A stretch of 21,974 nt of DNA. Source: Fidelibacterota bacterium (lineage in GTDB: Bacteria; Fidelibacterota; Marinisomatia; Marinisomatales; S15-B10). The stretch is taken from NCBI GenBank assembly GCA_046861655.1, contig JBHIAI010000018.1, forward strand, positions 1-21,974, read 5' to 3'. The notes under the pieces were generated by a model, which saw only the letters and a program-made list of their open reading frames with translations, searched no databases and was not told where the DNA came from. The position numbers and the translations under genes are program-made. This document shows, one piece after another, positions 1 to 8,390 of the stretch. The first letter of the stretch is position 1; each line of letters opens with the position of its first letter.

Positions 1-138
1 AATCAGGGAACGGTCTGTCCCCGTTGACAGCACGCTCGAACAGCTTCCTATCAGGACATCATTGGGTTGAACCCCCGGTGAGGGGATTTCTCCCATATCA
101 ATCTTTCCGGATCTGGGGTCAAGTGTGATCTGCTTCAT
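1..138 (-). CDS. Bi-domain oxidoreductase (Zn-dependent dehydrogenase/GroES-like N-terminus, usually fused to Gfo/Idh/MocA), N-terminal 46 aa only; runs off the window
   Basis: Not in the ORF track. Manual translation from ATG 138 gives MKQITLDPRSGKIDMGEIPSPGVQPNDVLIGSCSSVLSTGTDRSLI, matching the recalled MKQ...G....E.P.P....VLI....S..S.GT[ED]R start of oxidoreductases common in O-antigen/EPS loci. Confidence 0.75.
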   Translation of the reverse strand, partial: MKQITLDPRSGKIDMGEIPSPGVQPNDVLIGSCSSVLSTGTDRSLI

Positions 139-179
139 AGGCTCATACCTGTGATCAAAGGAGAACTTCTAGACCGCCC

Positions 180-1385
180 TCAAGAGGCCGGGGACATCAC
201 GCTCCCCCGCAGCTTGGTGAGGAGAGGTCTCACATTCATGCCGAATTCTTCCTCTCTATTCAGTGAGAGGGCAAGCTGGCGGGCCCTCCTTCCCACCTCT
301 ACCGCCTTCCCTTTGTGATTCATAAGATAGGTAACGAGGGGCTGCATTTCACCGATGTCATGTACTCTGAAAAAGTGGGTACCATGAACACCTTCGATAC
401 CTTCAAGGCCCTTAGATGTGGATATTAGAACTTTCCCTGCCAGCATTGCAATGATACTCTTCAATTTGATGCCTGATCCCCGTATCTGGGGATTGATGCA
501 TATAGCACCTTCCGACAGCACATCCGCATCATTCTCTACGTATCCTCTACCCTCTATGTTCTGGGCAGGAGACCCAAATCTGTCCGTGTAGCGTCCAGCC
601 AGCACCAGTCTGGCACTGCTGTCCTCCTGAACAATGGACTTCCACACACCCTGGATGAACTTGATCAGTCCGTGTCCTTTTCTAAGGTCAGCCGACCCTA
701 CATACACAACGGTACGGAGGTCTCCAATGGGCACATTCCTGTACGGATCGGGGTTCACACGCACCCCTAAGATTCCGTCACAGATTTTCCCATACCTCCT
801 TCGATACTCAGCCGAATCCCTGGAGGAAATTGCCCAAACTGCGTCCACATAGCTCAGAATGGAATACTCGAACTTTCTCAATTTCTCCAATTCCGTCTTC
901 CAGGCAAGCCGCGTGGCTATCCCCCCCTCCTTGTCAAACCCCTCAAAGATCTCTCCCCCTATGTTGTGACTTCTCAGGACAAACCGGCCAGGGGGCAGCC
1001 TCCTTTTCAGCGCTGGGAGATGGTAAGCGGCGGGAATATCTTCGAAAACTACAACCATGCCATCAGCAGGAGAGGAACGTGAGATACAGCGAACAAGTTC
1101 CTCCGTCACTTCCCTCGAAGCGTACTGCTGAATCGAAGCGGGACATGGTACAGAAAGGCTTTTCAGGAACCGCTTCCATTTCGACGCCTTTGTCACCGGT
1201 ATCTGCTTCCAGGTTACGTCTGGATAGGAATCTCTGAGTTCCCCTGGGAAGGGATCAGGGGTCACAGCAAAGTAGTTGACGTCCGAAAAGACCCCGCAGT
1301 ATTCTTTCAGCGAACTGGCTACCGCAATCCCATAGCCACGGTCCGGGCGAGGCCACGATTTTGCCACTACGAAGAACGGGCCCAC
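180..1385 (-). CDS. Glycosyltransferase, GT-B fold (GT4-like)
   Basis: 401-aa ORF with RSHN, YVGS, LVLAG and the C-terminal INPQIRGSGIKLKSIIAMLAGKVLISTSKGLEG motif typical of GT4-like enzymes. GTG start abuts the wzx stop. Confidence 0.88.
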   Translation of the reverse strand: MGPFFVVAKSWPRPDRGYGIAVASSLKEYCGVFSDVNYFAVTPDPFPGELRDSYPDVTWKQIPVTKASKWKRFLKSLSVPCPASIQQYASREVTEELVRCISRSSPADGMVVVFEDIPAAYHLPALKRRLPPGRFVLRSHNIGGEIFEGFDKEGGIATRLAWKTELEKLRKFEYSILSYVDAVWAISSRDSAEYRRRYGKICDGILGVRVNPDPYRNVPIGDLRTVVYVGSADLRKGHGLIKFIQGVWKSIVQEDSSARLVLAGRYTDRFGSPAQNIEGRGYVENDADVLSEGAICINPQIRGSGIKLKSIIAMLAGKVLISTSKGLEGIEGVHGTHFFRVHDIGEMQPLVTYLMNHKGKAVEVGRRARQLALSLNREEEFGMNVRPLLTKLRGSVMSPAS

Positions 1386-2816
1386 TTACAGGTGCTGCCT
1401 GAAAATTCTGAGTGAAAGCCTGGGACTATTCCTGACATAGATGGCCGTGAGGATCGCGGTAAGGGCAAAACACAGTCCCATCCGAAGAGTCACTGACGAC
1501 GTCAAACTGGCGGTCACACTGTACAGGCCTGCTATACCCACCACGGCGAACACAAGGTCTCTGTAAAGACTACGATGAAGACGGGGCACGTTCAAGAGGT
1601 GTCTGATGACTGCGATGCTCATCACGCATGCTGCGACGTGACCCAGAAGAAAACTCATGGATCCCGCCATAAGGGGACCGACCCCCAGAGACCTCGCGGC
1701 CGCGAACGTCAGGGCAAGAACCAGAACGGAAACAACAAAAATCAACGAATTGTATCCTCTTTCTGAAGCCGCATCAATGGGGCCCCTGAGAATTCCCACC
1801 ACGGCATAGAAGGGAATGGTCAAAAGAATCGTCCGTACCGAGCGTGCCCCGGTTTCCGAAATATCATTGAGCCAGAGCCTGAGGATTTCCGGCCCGAAAA
1901 GTGTGAGAGAAACAGCGACAATCGTTCCCAGCAACAAACCCATTTCCGTTAGTCGACCCAGGTAATGGCTTACTTCAGACTCCCGTTGTTCTCCGAGAGC
2001 CTTCGACACCCGGGGCAACAGAACGAGACCCAAAGGACCAACGACGATCAAGAAGATCCGCACCAGACTTATGCTGGAATTCAGGAAGGCCAGATCCCTG
2101 TAGGATACCTGCGATGCCACCATGACGGGAACCCCCGCCAGGAGAATGAACTGGAAAACGAAGCTCGGTACCCTCTCCGTACCGTAGGACCAAAGTCTTG
2201 CCACTTCGGCCCTTCTTATCTTTCTCGGATCCAGACCCTTATTCCTCAGCAGGTACCCCCAGCCAGTCGTCACAAGCAGCCCAACCCCCAGGACAAGGAG
2301 AGCCACATCCAACTCCATGACGAAAAAGAATACACCTATGGGCAGAAGAGCGGATCCCGTTATTTGGAAAATGTTGCCTCCAACGATGTTGAGGTGACCC
2401 CGGAACAGTCCGTAGGTCAGATTCTGCATGCAGACACCCAGCGTGAAGACGTAGATGGGCAGAGCAAGTTCCGGCCTGAATCCGGGGACCAGGTTCCTCG
2501 ATATGAGAAAAGCCAGAACGGCGGTGACCGGCAGGGTAAACGTCAGAAACGTGAAAACGGCTCCGTGTCCAAAGAACCCCCTGGGGTCTTTGGCGACGAA
2601 ATTGGGAAGGCCCACATTCATCCCGAGAAGAAGGATGCCAACCATAGCATAGCTGGTTCTTCTGATGAGAAGGTACTCACCCAGAGTTTCCATGCCGTGG
2701 ACCCTGGCCATGTACCCATTCAAAAAGAGAACACCAAGAATAATTCCCAGGGCGTTCAGGACCGTAATCGTGATGTCTTTTTCGAGGCTGAGGGTCTTTG
2801 AAAGGACTCTAAACAA
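1386..2816 (-). CDS. wzx: Polysaccharide repeat-unit flippase (Wzx/MOP superfamily)
   Basis: 476 aa with ~12-14 hydrophobic segments; AR..G.E.LG.Y, LGMNVGLPNFVA and VLLPRVS patterns typical of Wzx; polysaccharide-locus context. Confidence 0.82.
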   Translation of the reverse strand: MFRVLSKTLSLEKDITITVLNALGIILGVLFLNGYMARVHGMETLGEYLLIRRTSYAMVGILLLGMNVGLPNFVAKDPRGFFGHGAVFTFLTFTLPVTAVLAFLISRNLVPGFRPELALPIYVFTLGVCMQNLTYGLFRGHLNIVGGNIFQITGSALLPIGVFFFVMELDVALLVLGVGLLVTTGWGYLLRNKGLDPRKIRRAEVARLWSYGTERVPSFVFQFILLAGVPVMVASQVSYRDLAFLNSSISLVRIFLIVVGPLGLVLLPRVSKALGEQRESEVSHYLGRLTEMGLLLGTIVAVSLTLFGPEILRLWLNDISETGARSVRTILLTIPFYAVVGILRGPIDAASERGYNSLIFVVSVLVLALTFAAARSLGVGPLMAGSMSFLLGHVAACVMSIAVIRHLLNVPRLHRSLYRDLVFAVVGIAGLYSVTASLTSSVTLRMGLCFALTAILTAIYVRNSPRLSLRIFRQHL

Positions 2817-2871
2817 ATCTCCACCCTGCGGGGATCAGGCCCTACGTCTGCCGGCCCGGGTCATAGACGAC

Positions 2872-4362
2872 TTAGACAACACCAGATTTGGGCTTTTCGT
2901 ACCGGGTACGAAAGGACGTGATCATCCAGAAGGCGAGCACAAACAGGATGATTCCGTGGCTTATGATCAGTATCGGAAAATTCGCGCCGGCAAAGTAAAA
3001 CGAGAAGGACATGGCAAGGACCGTGACAGTTGTGACATATATGACATCCTTCAGATAATGGCAAGTTCTCAACAGGACCCAGTAGATGTAATGGGTAACC
3101 ATCCCCACCAGAAGGGACGAAACGATGATTCCCACCCACCCGAAATCAGCCCAGAAGAAGCTCATGTAGTTGGCACTGGCCAACCCCGCAGTGACTGTGC
3201 TCACGTCCAGGGTTTGAAAGAGCCAGTTGGCCACAGGAAAATGTCCCTCCGGGTGGAGCCAGGAATAAAGGTGGGAGGTTCTCCCTCCGAGAAACGAGTG
3301 ATACGTGGGAAAGATCTCGAAGTATTTTTTCAGGACCCAGGCCGGAACGTAGAATGTTCTCAGCCAGAGAAGGTACAAGACCCTGGAAAATGTGAAGGGA
3401 ACCCCCGCGGTAAACTTTATCACGATGTAGGGGAAGGCGAATACAGCCGCCATGGAAACGGCCATCAGTCTCGTGGAGATTCTCCCCCTGTTCTTCAGGA
3501 AAAAGAACAGAGCTAATGCCAGAACCAGAGCTGCTGTGTGGGCTTTGGCGATGGTCAGGGAATTATTGAAAAGGCCAAACACCAGGAACACAACAAACAG
3601 AACTCTGAACCTTCGTTCCCTCGTGATAACCGCCATGAAAAGGCTGGCGATAACACCCACTCCGTAAAGCGCTGTCCGTGCCCACGAATACAGGTAAATC
3701 TCCACGGCGGGAATGTCGAGAAGGTTGATCGACTCCAATCTGAGCCACGCCAATTTCACTTTCTCCCCCGGATTCAGAATAAGTTCAATGAGGGGAACGC
3801 TTTCCATTCGCGAAATGTGCCTACCCATAATGGCCAGGCATACAACAAGCAGAATGATCAGGAACACGTAGACCCTTTGGGAACTAACAGGTCTAACCAG
3901 GTTCTGACGACCGAGTCTGCCGACTTGATCCAGGTCAATACGGAAGAAGTAGTTCGCGAAGAGCAAACCCAGAGGGAATAGGAGGTAGAAAGAATTGACC
4001 GCGTAGAAAAACGTGTCCGCCGCTCTGGAGGGCTCATTGAGCACCACCCACACACTCGGAATAGCAAGCATGGCCGTGAATGAGACGTAAGCAACCGCAG
4101 GAAAGGAGAGAATCCGAAGTCCCGAAAGGCCGTAAATCTCTGCCCGCTCATAGATCAGAATCTCATACAGGAAAATCGCCACCGTCAGCGTGCAGGCGAG
4201 AGATCTAACGGGTTCGTCGAGAGAGAGGAAGAAAAGAAAAAGGACGGGCAAAACCACAAGGAACACGGTGTCCAGACGCCGGGTGTTTCCTGGGGTCAAC
4301 CAGCGCTCAGGCCAGAAAAACGCCAGCTTCCGTCTGCGCTGTGCTACCGCTTGTGCTTCCAT
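2872..4362 (-). CDS. wzy: Probable O-antigen/EPS polymerase (Wzy)
   Basis: 496-aa polytopic membrane protein with a large late loop and a WADFGWVG motif; lies between the co-polymerase and the flippase. Confidence 0.75.
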   Translation of the reverse strand: MEAQAVAQRRRKLAFFWPERWLTPGNTRRLDTVFLVVLPVLFLFFLSLDEPVRSLACTLTVAIFLYEILIYERAEIYGLSGLRILSFPAVAYVSFTAMLAIPSVWVVLNEPSRAADTFFYAVNSFYLLFPLGLLFANYFFRIDLDQVGRLGRQNLVRPVSSQRVYVFLIILLVVCLAIMGRHISRMESVPLIELILNPGEKVKLAWLRLESINLLDIPAVEIYLYSWARTALYGVGVIASLFMAVITRERRFRVLFVVFLVFGLFNNSLTIAKAHTAALVLALALFFFLKNRGRISTRLMAVSMAAVFAFPYIVIKFTAGVPFTFSRVLYLLWLRTFYVPAWVLKKYFEIFPTYHSFLGGRTSHLYSWLHPEGHFPVANWLFQTLDVSTVTAGLASANYMSFFWADFGWVGIIVSSLLVGMVTHYIYWVLLRTCHYLKDVIYVTTVTVLAMSFSFYFAGANFPILIISHGIILFVLAFWMITSFRTRYEKPKSGVV

Positions 4363-4465
4363 TCCATGATAGGCAGGATGAGAACTCCCCGTGGTTCCCC
4401 TGAAACCAAAAACAGGCTAACGCTCAAAGAACCTCAAGGACCCAGGTGAGAAAACGTTCAGGAGT

Positions 4466-5833
4466 TCACCTAACAGAAGAATCGAGCTCCTTCCACCGCT
4501 CCCAGAATAAGATACCGACCACCGAAAAAACAGAGGACAGCACAAACGATATGATGACCATGAGAGTCCGTTGCGGCCTGTACTTCTTCTCGGGTTCCTT
4601 AGCCCAATCAAGGACCTGAATTGTGGGGGTGTCCCTCGCCTCCTGAATTCTCGCCTGTTCATACTGCTCCACGAGGAATGCATACAACTGGTTTTGCACC
4701 TCAAGGTCCCGTTCCAACCGGACAAGCTGCATGCTCAGATCGGGGACTTCAGACAGGATCGGAAATGGACCTTTTGGACCGTCCGCATCTGCGGGCAGCC
4801 TGTCTTCTATGGAAGCCAGTTTTTCCTTCGCCGATGCAATTTCCAATTCCAACCGCTTCAGCTCCGGGCTGTCGGGATTCCTGAGAGCCTCCAGGGCTTC
4901 GTAGGTCACCTCATTCGTCAGGATCATGGCATTCAACTCAGCCGCCATCTTGATGGTGGCCTCGGTCTGAACGGGAAGGGAAATAGTGCCGTAACGCTCC
5001 TGGAAACTCCGAAGTTTTTCTTCCGCCCTGTTGAGATCCCTTCGATTCCGTTCCAGTCTATCTTCAACAAAAGTCCGCTGAAGCCGGGCACTGGTGGAGT
5101 TCAGTTTCTTGTTAACCAGGTCCACTTCCCTCACCAGGCTGTTTACCATGCCAGTGCACAACTTTCGGGCGTTGCTGTCCGACCGATCACCAGGAAACCA
5201 CTGGGTCTTAGCATCCATATCAATGCGTATGGTACCCTCCTCTTGCAGACCAAAATGAAGGTCACTGTCCAGGGCGGCAAGGGCTTCCTCCATGGTTTCT
5301 ACGTCGTATACCCGCATAAGATCGAATTCTTCGACGATTTTTTCCCTCACCGTCCGGCTCGCGAGTATGGCCAGGAGACGATTCGTATCCGTCGTATTCC
5401 TTCCGATATCCAATCCAGAAAGAGGAAGGCCTTGAAGGGCTTGGAACAGTCCGGTCGGCTCCTCCGATTCAGAGGGCATGATCACCGCAGTCGCCCTGAA
5501 TGTCTTCGGCATGATGAGACTGATGACCGCCACGATAACACAGGTGAAAAAGACCAGGGCACCAATTCTTACTTTATACTTTAGGAGGTGGCGCACATAG
5601 GCCAGGACCGGTACGTCACCTCTTGCCTTAACAAGAGGCTCCTCCGTCAGCAGGCGGCCCGTGTCAGACACCAGCCCGTACCGTTTCAAATCGGCAATCC
5701 GGTTCCGCAGCGTTTTCTCGTTCATCCCGAACTCGGCTGCGATTCTTCCTCTTTCAGCCTTATTGACAACAATCTCCGGGTACCGCCTGATCAGTTCAAG
5801 GATGGTTTTTTCGTGCTCGGTTAGACTGGGCAT
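4466..5833 (-). CDS. Polysaccharide co-polymerase/chain-length determinant (Wzz/GumC family) with N-terminal HTH-like domain
   Basis: TM1 followed by PKTFRATAVI, a periplasmic coiled coil (LERNRRDLNRAEEKLRSFQE), EQARIQEARDTPTIQVLD.A..PEKK.RP.R, then TM2. No kinase domain. The first ~56 aa look like a wHTH. Confidence 0.88.
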   Translation of the reverse strand: MPSLTEHEKTILELIRRYPEIVVNKAERGRIAAEFGMNEKTLRNRIADLKRYGLVSDTGRLLTEEPLVKARGDVPVLAYVRHLLKYKVRIGALVFFTCVIVAVISLIMPKTFRATAVIMPSESEEPTGLFQALQGLPLSGLDIGRNTTDTNRLLAILASRTVREKIVEEFDLMRVYDVETMEEALAALDSDLHFGLQEEGTIRIDMDAKTQWFPGDRSDSNARKLCTGMVNSLVREVDLVNKKLNSTSARLQRTFVEDRLERNRRDLNRAEEKLRSFQERYGTISLPVQTEATIKMAAELNAMILTNEVTYEALEALRNPDSPELKRLELEIASAKEKLASIEDRLPADADGPKGPFPILSEVPDLSMQLVRLERDLEVQNQLYAFLVEQYEQARIQEARDTPTIQVLDWAKEPEKKYRPQRTLMVIISFVLSSVFSVVGILFWERWKELDSSVR

Positions 5834-5837
5834 GAGC

Positions 5838-6856
5838 CTACTTTATGGCAGCCAAATAGATCAGATAAAAGGTAGACACCAGGGTGGACAGGGCCTCAAT
5901 AACACTGGTGTCCCCAAAAAATCGACTCTGAAGGTTTTCGGGGACGTATATGGTATCCCCCGGCCGGGCATAGTTATCAAACCGATATCGATCTTCTTGC
6001 TGGAACGGAAGACGTCTACTTTGCTCCCACTTCCCGTATCCAGAACACCCCCGGCCATGCCAATATAGTCGCTGATCGAATACCCCGGAAAATACCGGAA
6101 CGCCCCTGGATACTTCACGAATCCCGTCACGAAAACGGCATTCTTATTGTAGGTAATGAATTCTCCCGCCTCCTGGGAATACCCCGGAAGAAAAGGGACT
6201 TCAATCCGGTCGTCTTCCTGAAAGGTAGGATTCTGGGGAATATCCCCATTCATGAGGAATCGCTTCAGCGATACCGTTTCGGTCCTGTCCCCGCCGTGGC
6301 GGAACACCTCTATGTGTTCTTCGTCGGCGTACCGGTGGAGTCCACCTGCAGCTTCCACAACCGCCGTCAATCGGTCCACCGGCGTCGCCTCCACAAACCC
6401 CGGCTCCTGAACCGCCCCCACCACCAGAATCTGGAATCTCCTCAAACGCGCCAGGGTCACGTCCACCACGGAGTTCCGGTAGGCCCTCCCCTGTACGTAC
6501 TCCCTGATCACCTCGGCGGCTTCGGAAACGGCCATCCCCGCCACCGTTATGATCCCCACCGTTGGAATCAAGATGTCACCCGCAGGGTTTACCTTCACGC
6601 TGAAGGTTAGACTTTCGGTGGCAATGATATTGATACCCACGATGTCTCCCGGCCCCAGGATGTACGAATCGGGATCAATAGGCCTTTCTATAGGGATGAT
6701 CTCCAGAATCTCTTCGGGCTTCACCTCCTCAATGACCGGCTCCTTGAACTCCGTCTCCTCTTCGCCAAAAGGACGAAACCGGGCGGAGGTCTGGGCCCAC
6801 GATAGGGTCAGGGAAGCGAGCAGGATTCCAATAAACAAGTTGACTGGTTTCTTCAT
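5838..6856 (-). CDS. Polysaccharide export protein (OPX; Poly_export + SLBB domains), frameshifted near the 3' end
   Basis: Y.LGPGD, V...G.I.IP.VG and two V.G.V..PG SLBB repeats. Likely start is ATG 6856 (GGAG 8 nt upstream; signal peptide MKKPVNLFIGILLASLTLSWAQ). The unshifted frame stops at 5861, but the conserved tail RPGDTIYVPE...LIYLAAIK* is in the -1 frame and ends at TAG 5838. Confidence 0.85.
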
Positions 6857-6897
6857 GGACATGACTCCAAAAACGAAAGTGTCATGAGGACACTCCA

Positions 6898-7908
6898 CTA
6901 CACCTCAAGGGGATACTGATTGCGGTAATACTCTAGGAACTCGCCCGACTTGATCCGGCGCCACCACGACTCATTCTCCCGGTACCACCCCACGGTCTTC
7001 TCCAGGGCCTCCTCAAAATCATGAGCAGGACTCCAACCCAGGGCCTGCAGCTTGGAGCAGTCCAGGGCATACCTCCGGTCATGGCCCTTTCGGTCCTTTA
7101 CGTGCCGGATAAGATCTTCGGACTTTCCCACGTAGGAGAGAATCAGGCGGGTGATCTCAATGTTTTCCTTCTCATTGCCTCCGCCGATATTGTATACATC
7201 GCCCCTCTGGCCCTTCTCAAGTAGAAAATGGAGGGCCGAACAGTGATCCCCCACGTACAGCCAGTCCCGAACGTTCCGGCCATCCCCGTACAGCGGAAGA
7301 GGGCGGTCCTCCAGGGCGTTGGTGATAAACAGCGGAATCAGTTTCTCCGGGTACTGGTAGGGCCCAAAATTGTTGCTCGCCCGGACAATGATTACCGGCA
7401 GACGGTAGGTAACATAATAGGAATAAGCGAGCCTGTCCCCCCCGGCCTTGCTGGCTGAATAAGGACTGCTGGGCATCAGTGAATCCGTTTCCCGGAACTT
7501 CCCTTCCCGAATGCTTCCGTACACCTCGTCCGTGCTTACCTGGACGAAGAGGTCCACCCCATGTCTTCTGGACGCCTCCAGAAGCACGAACACCCCAAAC
7601 ACATCGGTTTGAATGAAATTGTCGGGTTGACCGATGGACCGGTCCACATGGCTCTCGGCGGCAAAGTTCACCACGACATCCGGATGAGTGTCCGCAAAGA
7701 TCTTGTCCACCAATGCTCGATCGCAGATGTCACCCCGTACAAAATGATACCCGGGATGGTCTTCCAACCCGGAGAGGTTTTCAAGATTTCCTGCGTAGGT
7801 GAGCTTATCCAGGTTCACGATTCGATCCGAGCCCTCCGTCTCGAGGAGATACCGAACGAAATTGCTCCCTATGAACCCACACCCGCCTGTGATGAGATAG
7901 GTGGTCAC
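6898..7908 (-). CDS. rfbB: dTDP-glucose 4,6-dehydratase
   Basis: TGGCGFIGSNF, DKLTYAGN, NFAAESHVDRSI, STDEVYG, PYSASKA, YGDG.NVRDWLYV, DR.GHDRRYA. Start moved to GTG 7908, which overlaps the upstream TGA (GTGA). Confidence 0.96.
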   Translation of the reverse strand: MTTYLITGGCGFIGSNFVRYLLETEGSDRIVNLDKLTYAGNLENLSGLEDHPGYHFVRGDICDRALVDKIFADTHPDVVVNFAAESHVDRSIGQPDNFIQTDVFGVFVLLEASRRHGVDLFVQVSTDEVYGSIREGKFRETDSLMPSSPYSASKAGGDRLAYSYYVTYRLPVIIVRASNNFGPYQYPEKLIPLFITNALEDRPLPLYGDGRNVRDWLYVGDHCSALHFLLEKGQRGDVYNIGGGNEKENIEITRLILSYVGKSEDLIRHVKDRKGHDRRYALDCSKLQALGWSPAHDFEEALEKTVGWYRENESWWRRIKSGEFLEYYRNQYPLEV

Positions 7909-8390
7909 TCCACTCCCGCCCAGTCGAATCCTATGGTGGAATCGTTCCACGGGATCCGCTCTTCATCGGGGTTGTCACGGTCATAACTGCGGGTGCTGTG
8001 GTAAAACAGCAGCACCGGCTCTTCACTGACCACCTTGTAGCCGTGGGCCACGCCAGAAGGAATAAGAATCACCTTGTAATCGTCTTTTCCTGCGGTAATG
8101 GCCTGGGTGAGCCCAAAAGTGGGAGACCCTTTCCTCAAATCGTGAAGAACCACCACGGCTTTCCCCGTGGCTACGAACCAGAGGTCATCCTGCTTTCTGT
8201 GCCAGTGAAAGGCCTTGATGGTCCCTTCGTAGGCCACGGTGAAAGTGGATTGTCCAAAGTGTGACATAAGCCCGTCATCCTCACGAACCACCTCCATCAG
8301 AAACCCAGGTCTGGCCGGAGAATCCTCCAGGTCCGGAAGGTCCGAATGGAGGGTGAGCTTCTTGATGACAACCCCGTCAATGCCGCTCAT
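7905..8390 (-). CDS. rfbC: dTDP-4-dehydrorhamnose 3,5-epimerase family cupin (RmlC/SpsL-like)
   Basis: IKAFHWH..QDDLW, HDLR.GSPTFG, IP.GVAHGY and DE.RIPW.D..IGFDW motifs; coupled to ugd and rfbB. Confidence 0.85.
   Translation of the reverse strand: MSGIDGVVIKKLTLHSDLPDLEDSPARPGFLMEVVREDDGLMSHFGQSTFTVAYEGTIKAFHWHRKQDDLWFVATGKAVVVLHDLRKGSPTFGLTQAITAGKDDYKVILIPSGVAHGYKVVSEEPVLLFYHSTRSYDRDNPDEERIPWNDSTIGFDWAGVE

Noticed and set aside
4571..5584. Long + strand ORFs (337 aa here; also 1965-2801, 2665-3516, 8678-9535, 11644-12390, 15372-16049)
   Set aside because: Antisense shadows of well-supported minus-strand genes, with no recognisable motifs; expected from codon bias.
8328..8340. CAGGTCCGGAAGG, resembling the SRP RNA helix-8 motif
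   Set aside because: Lies inside the rfbC CDS, lacks the following AGCAG and a long flanking stem, and is explained by a small codon duplication.
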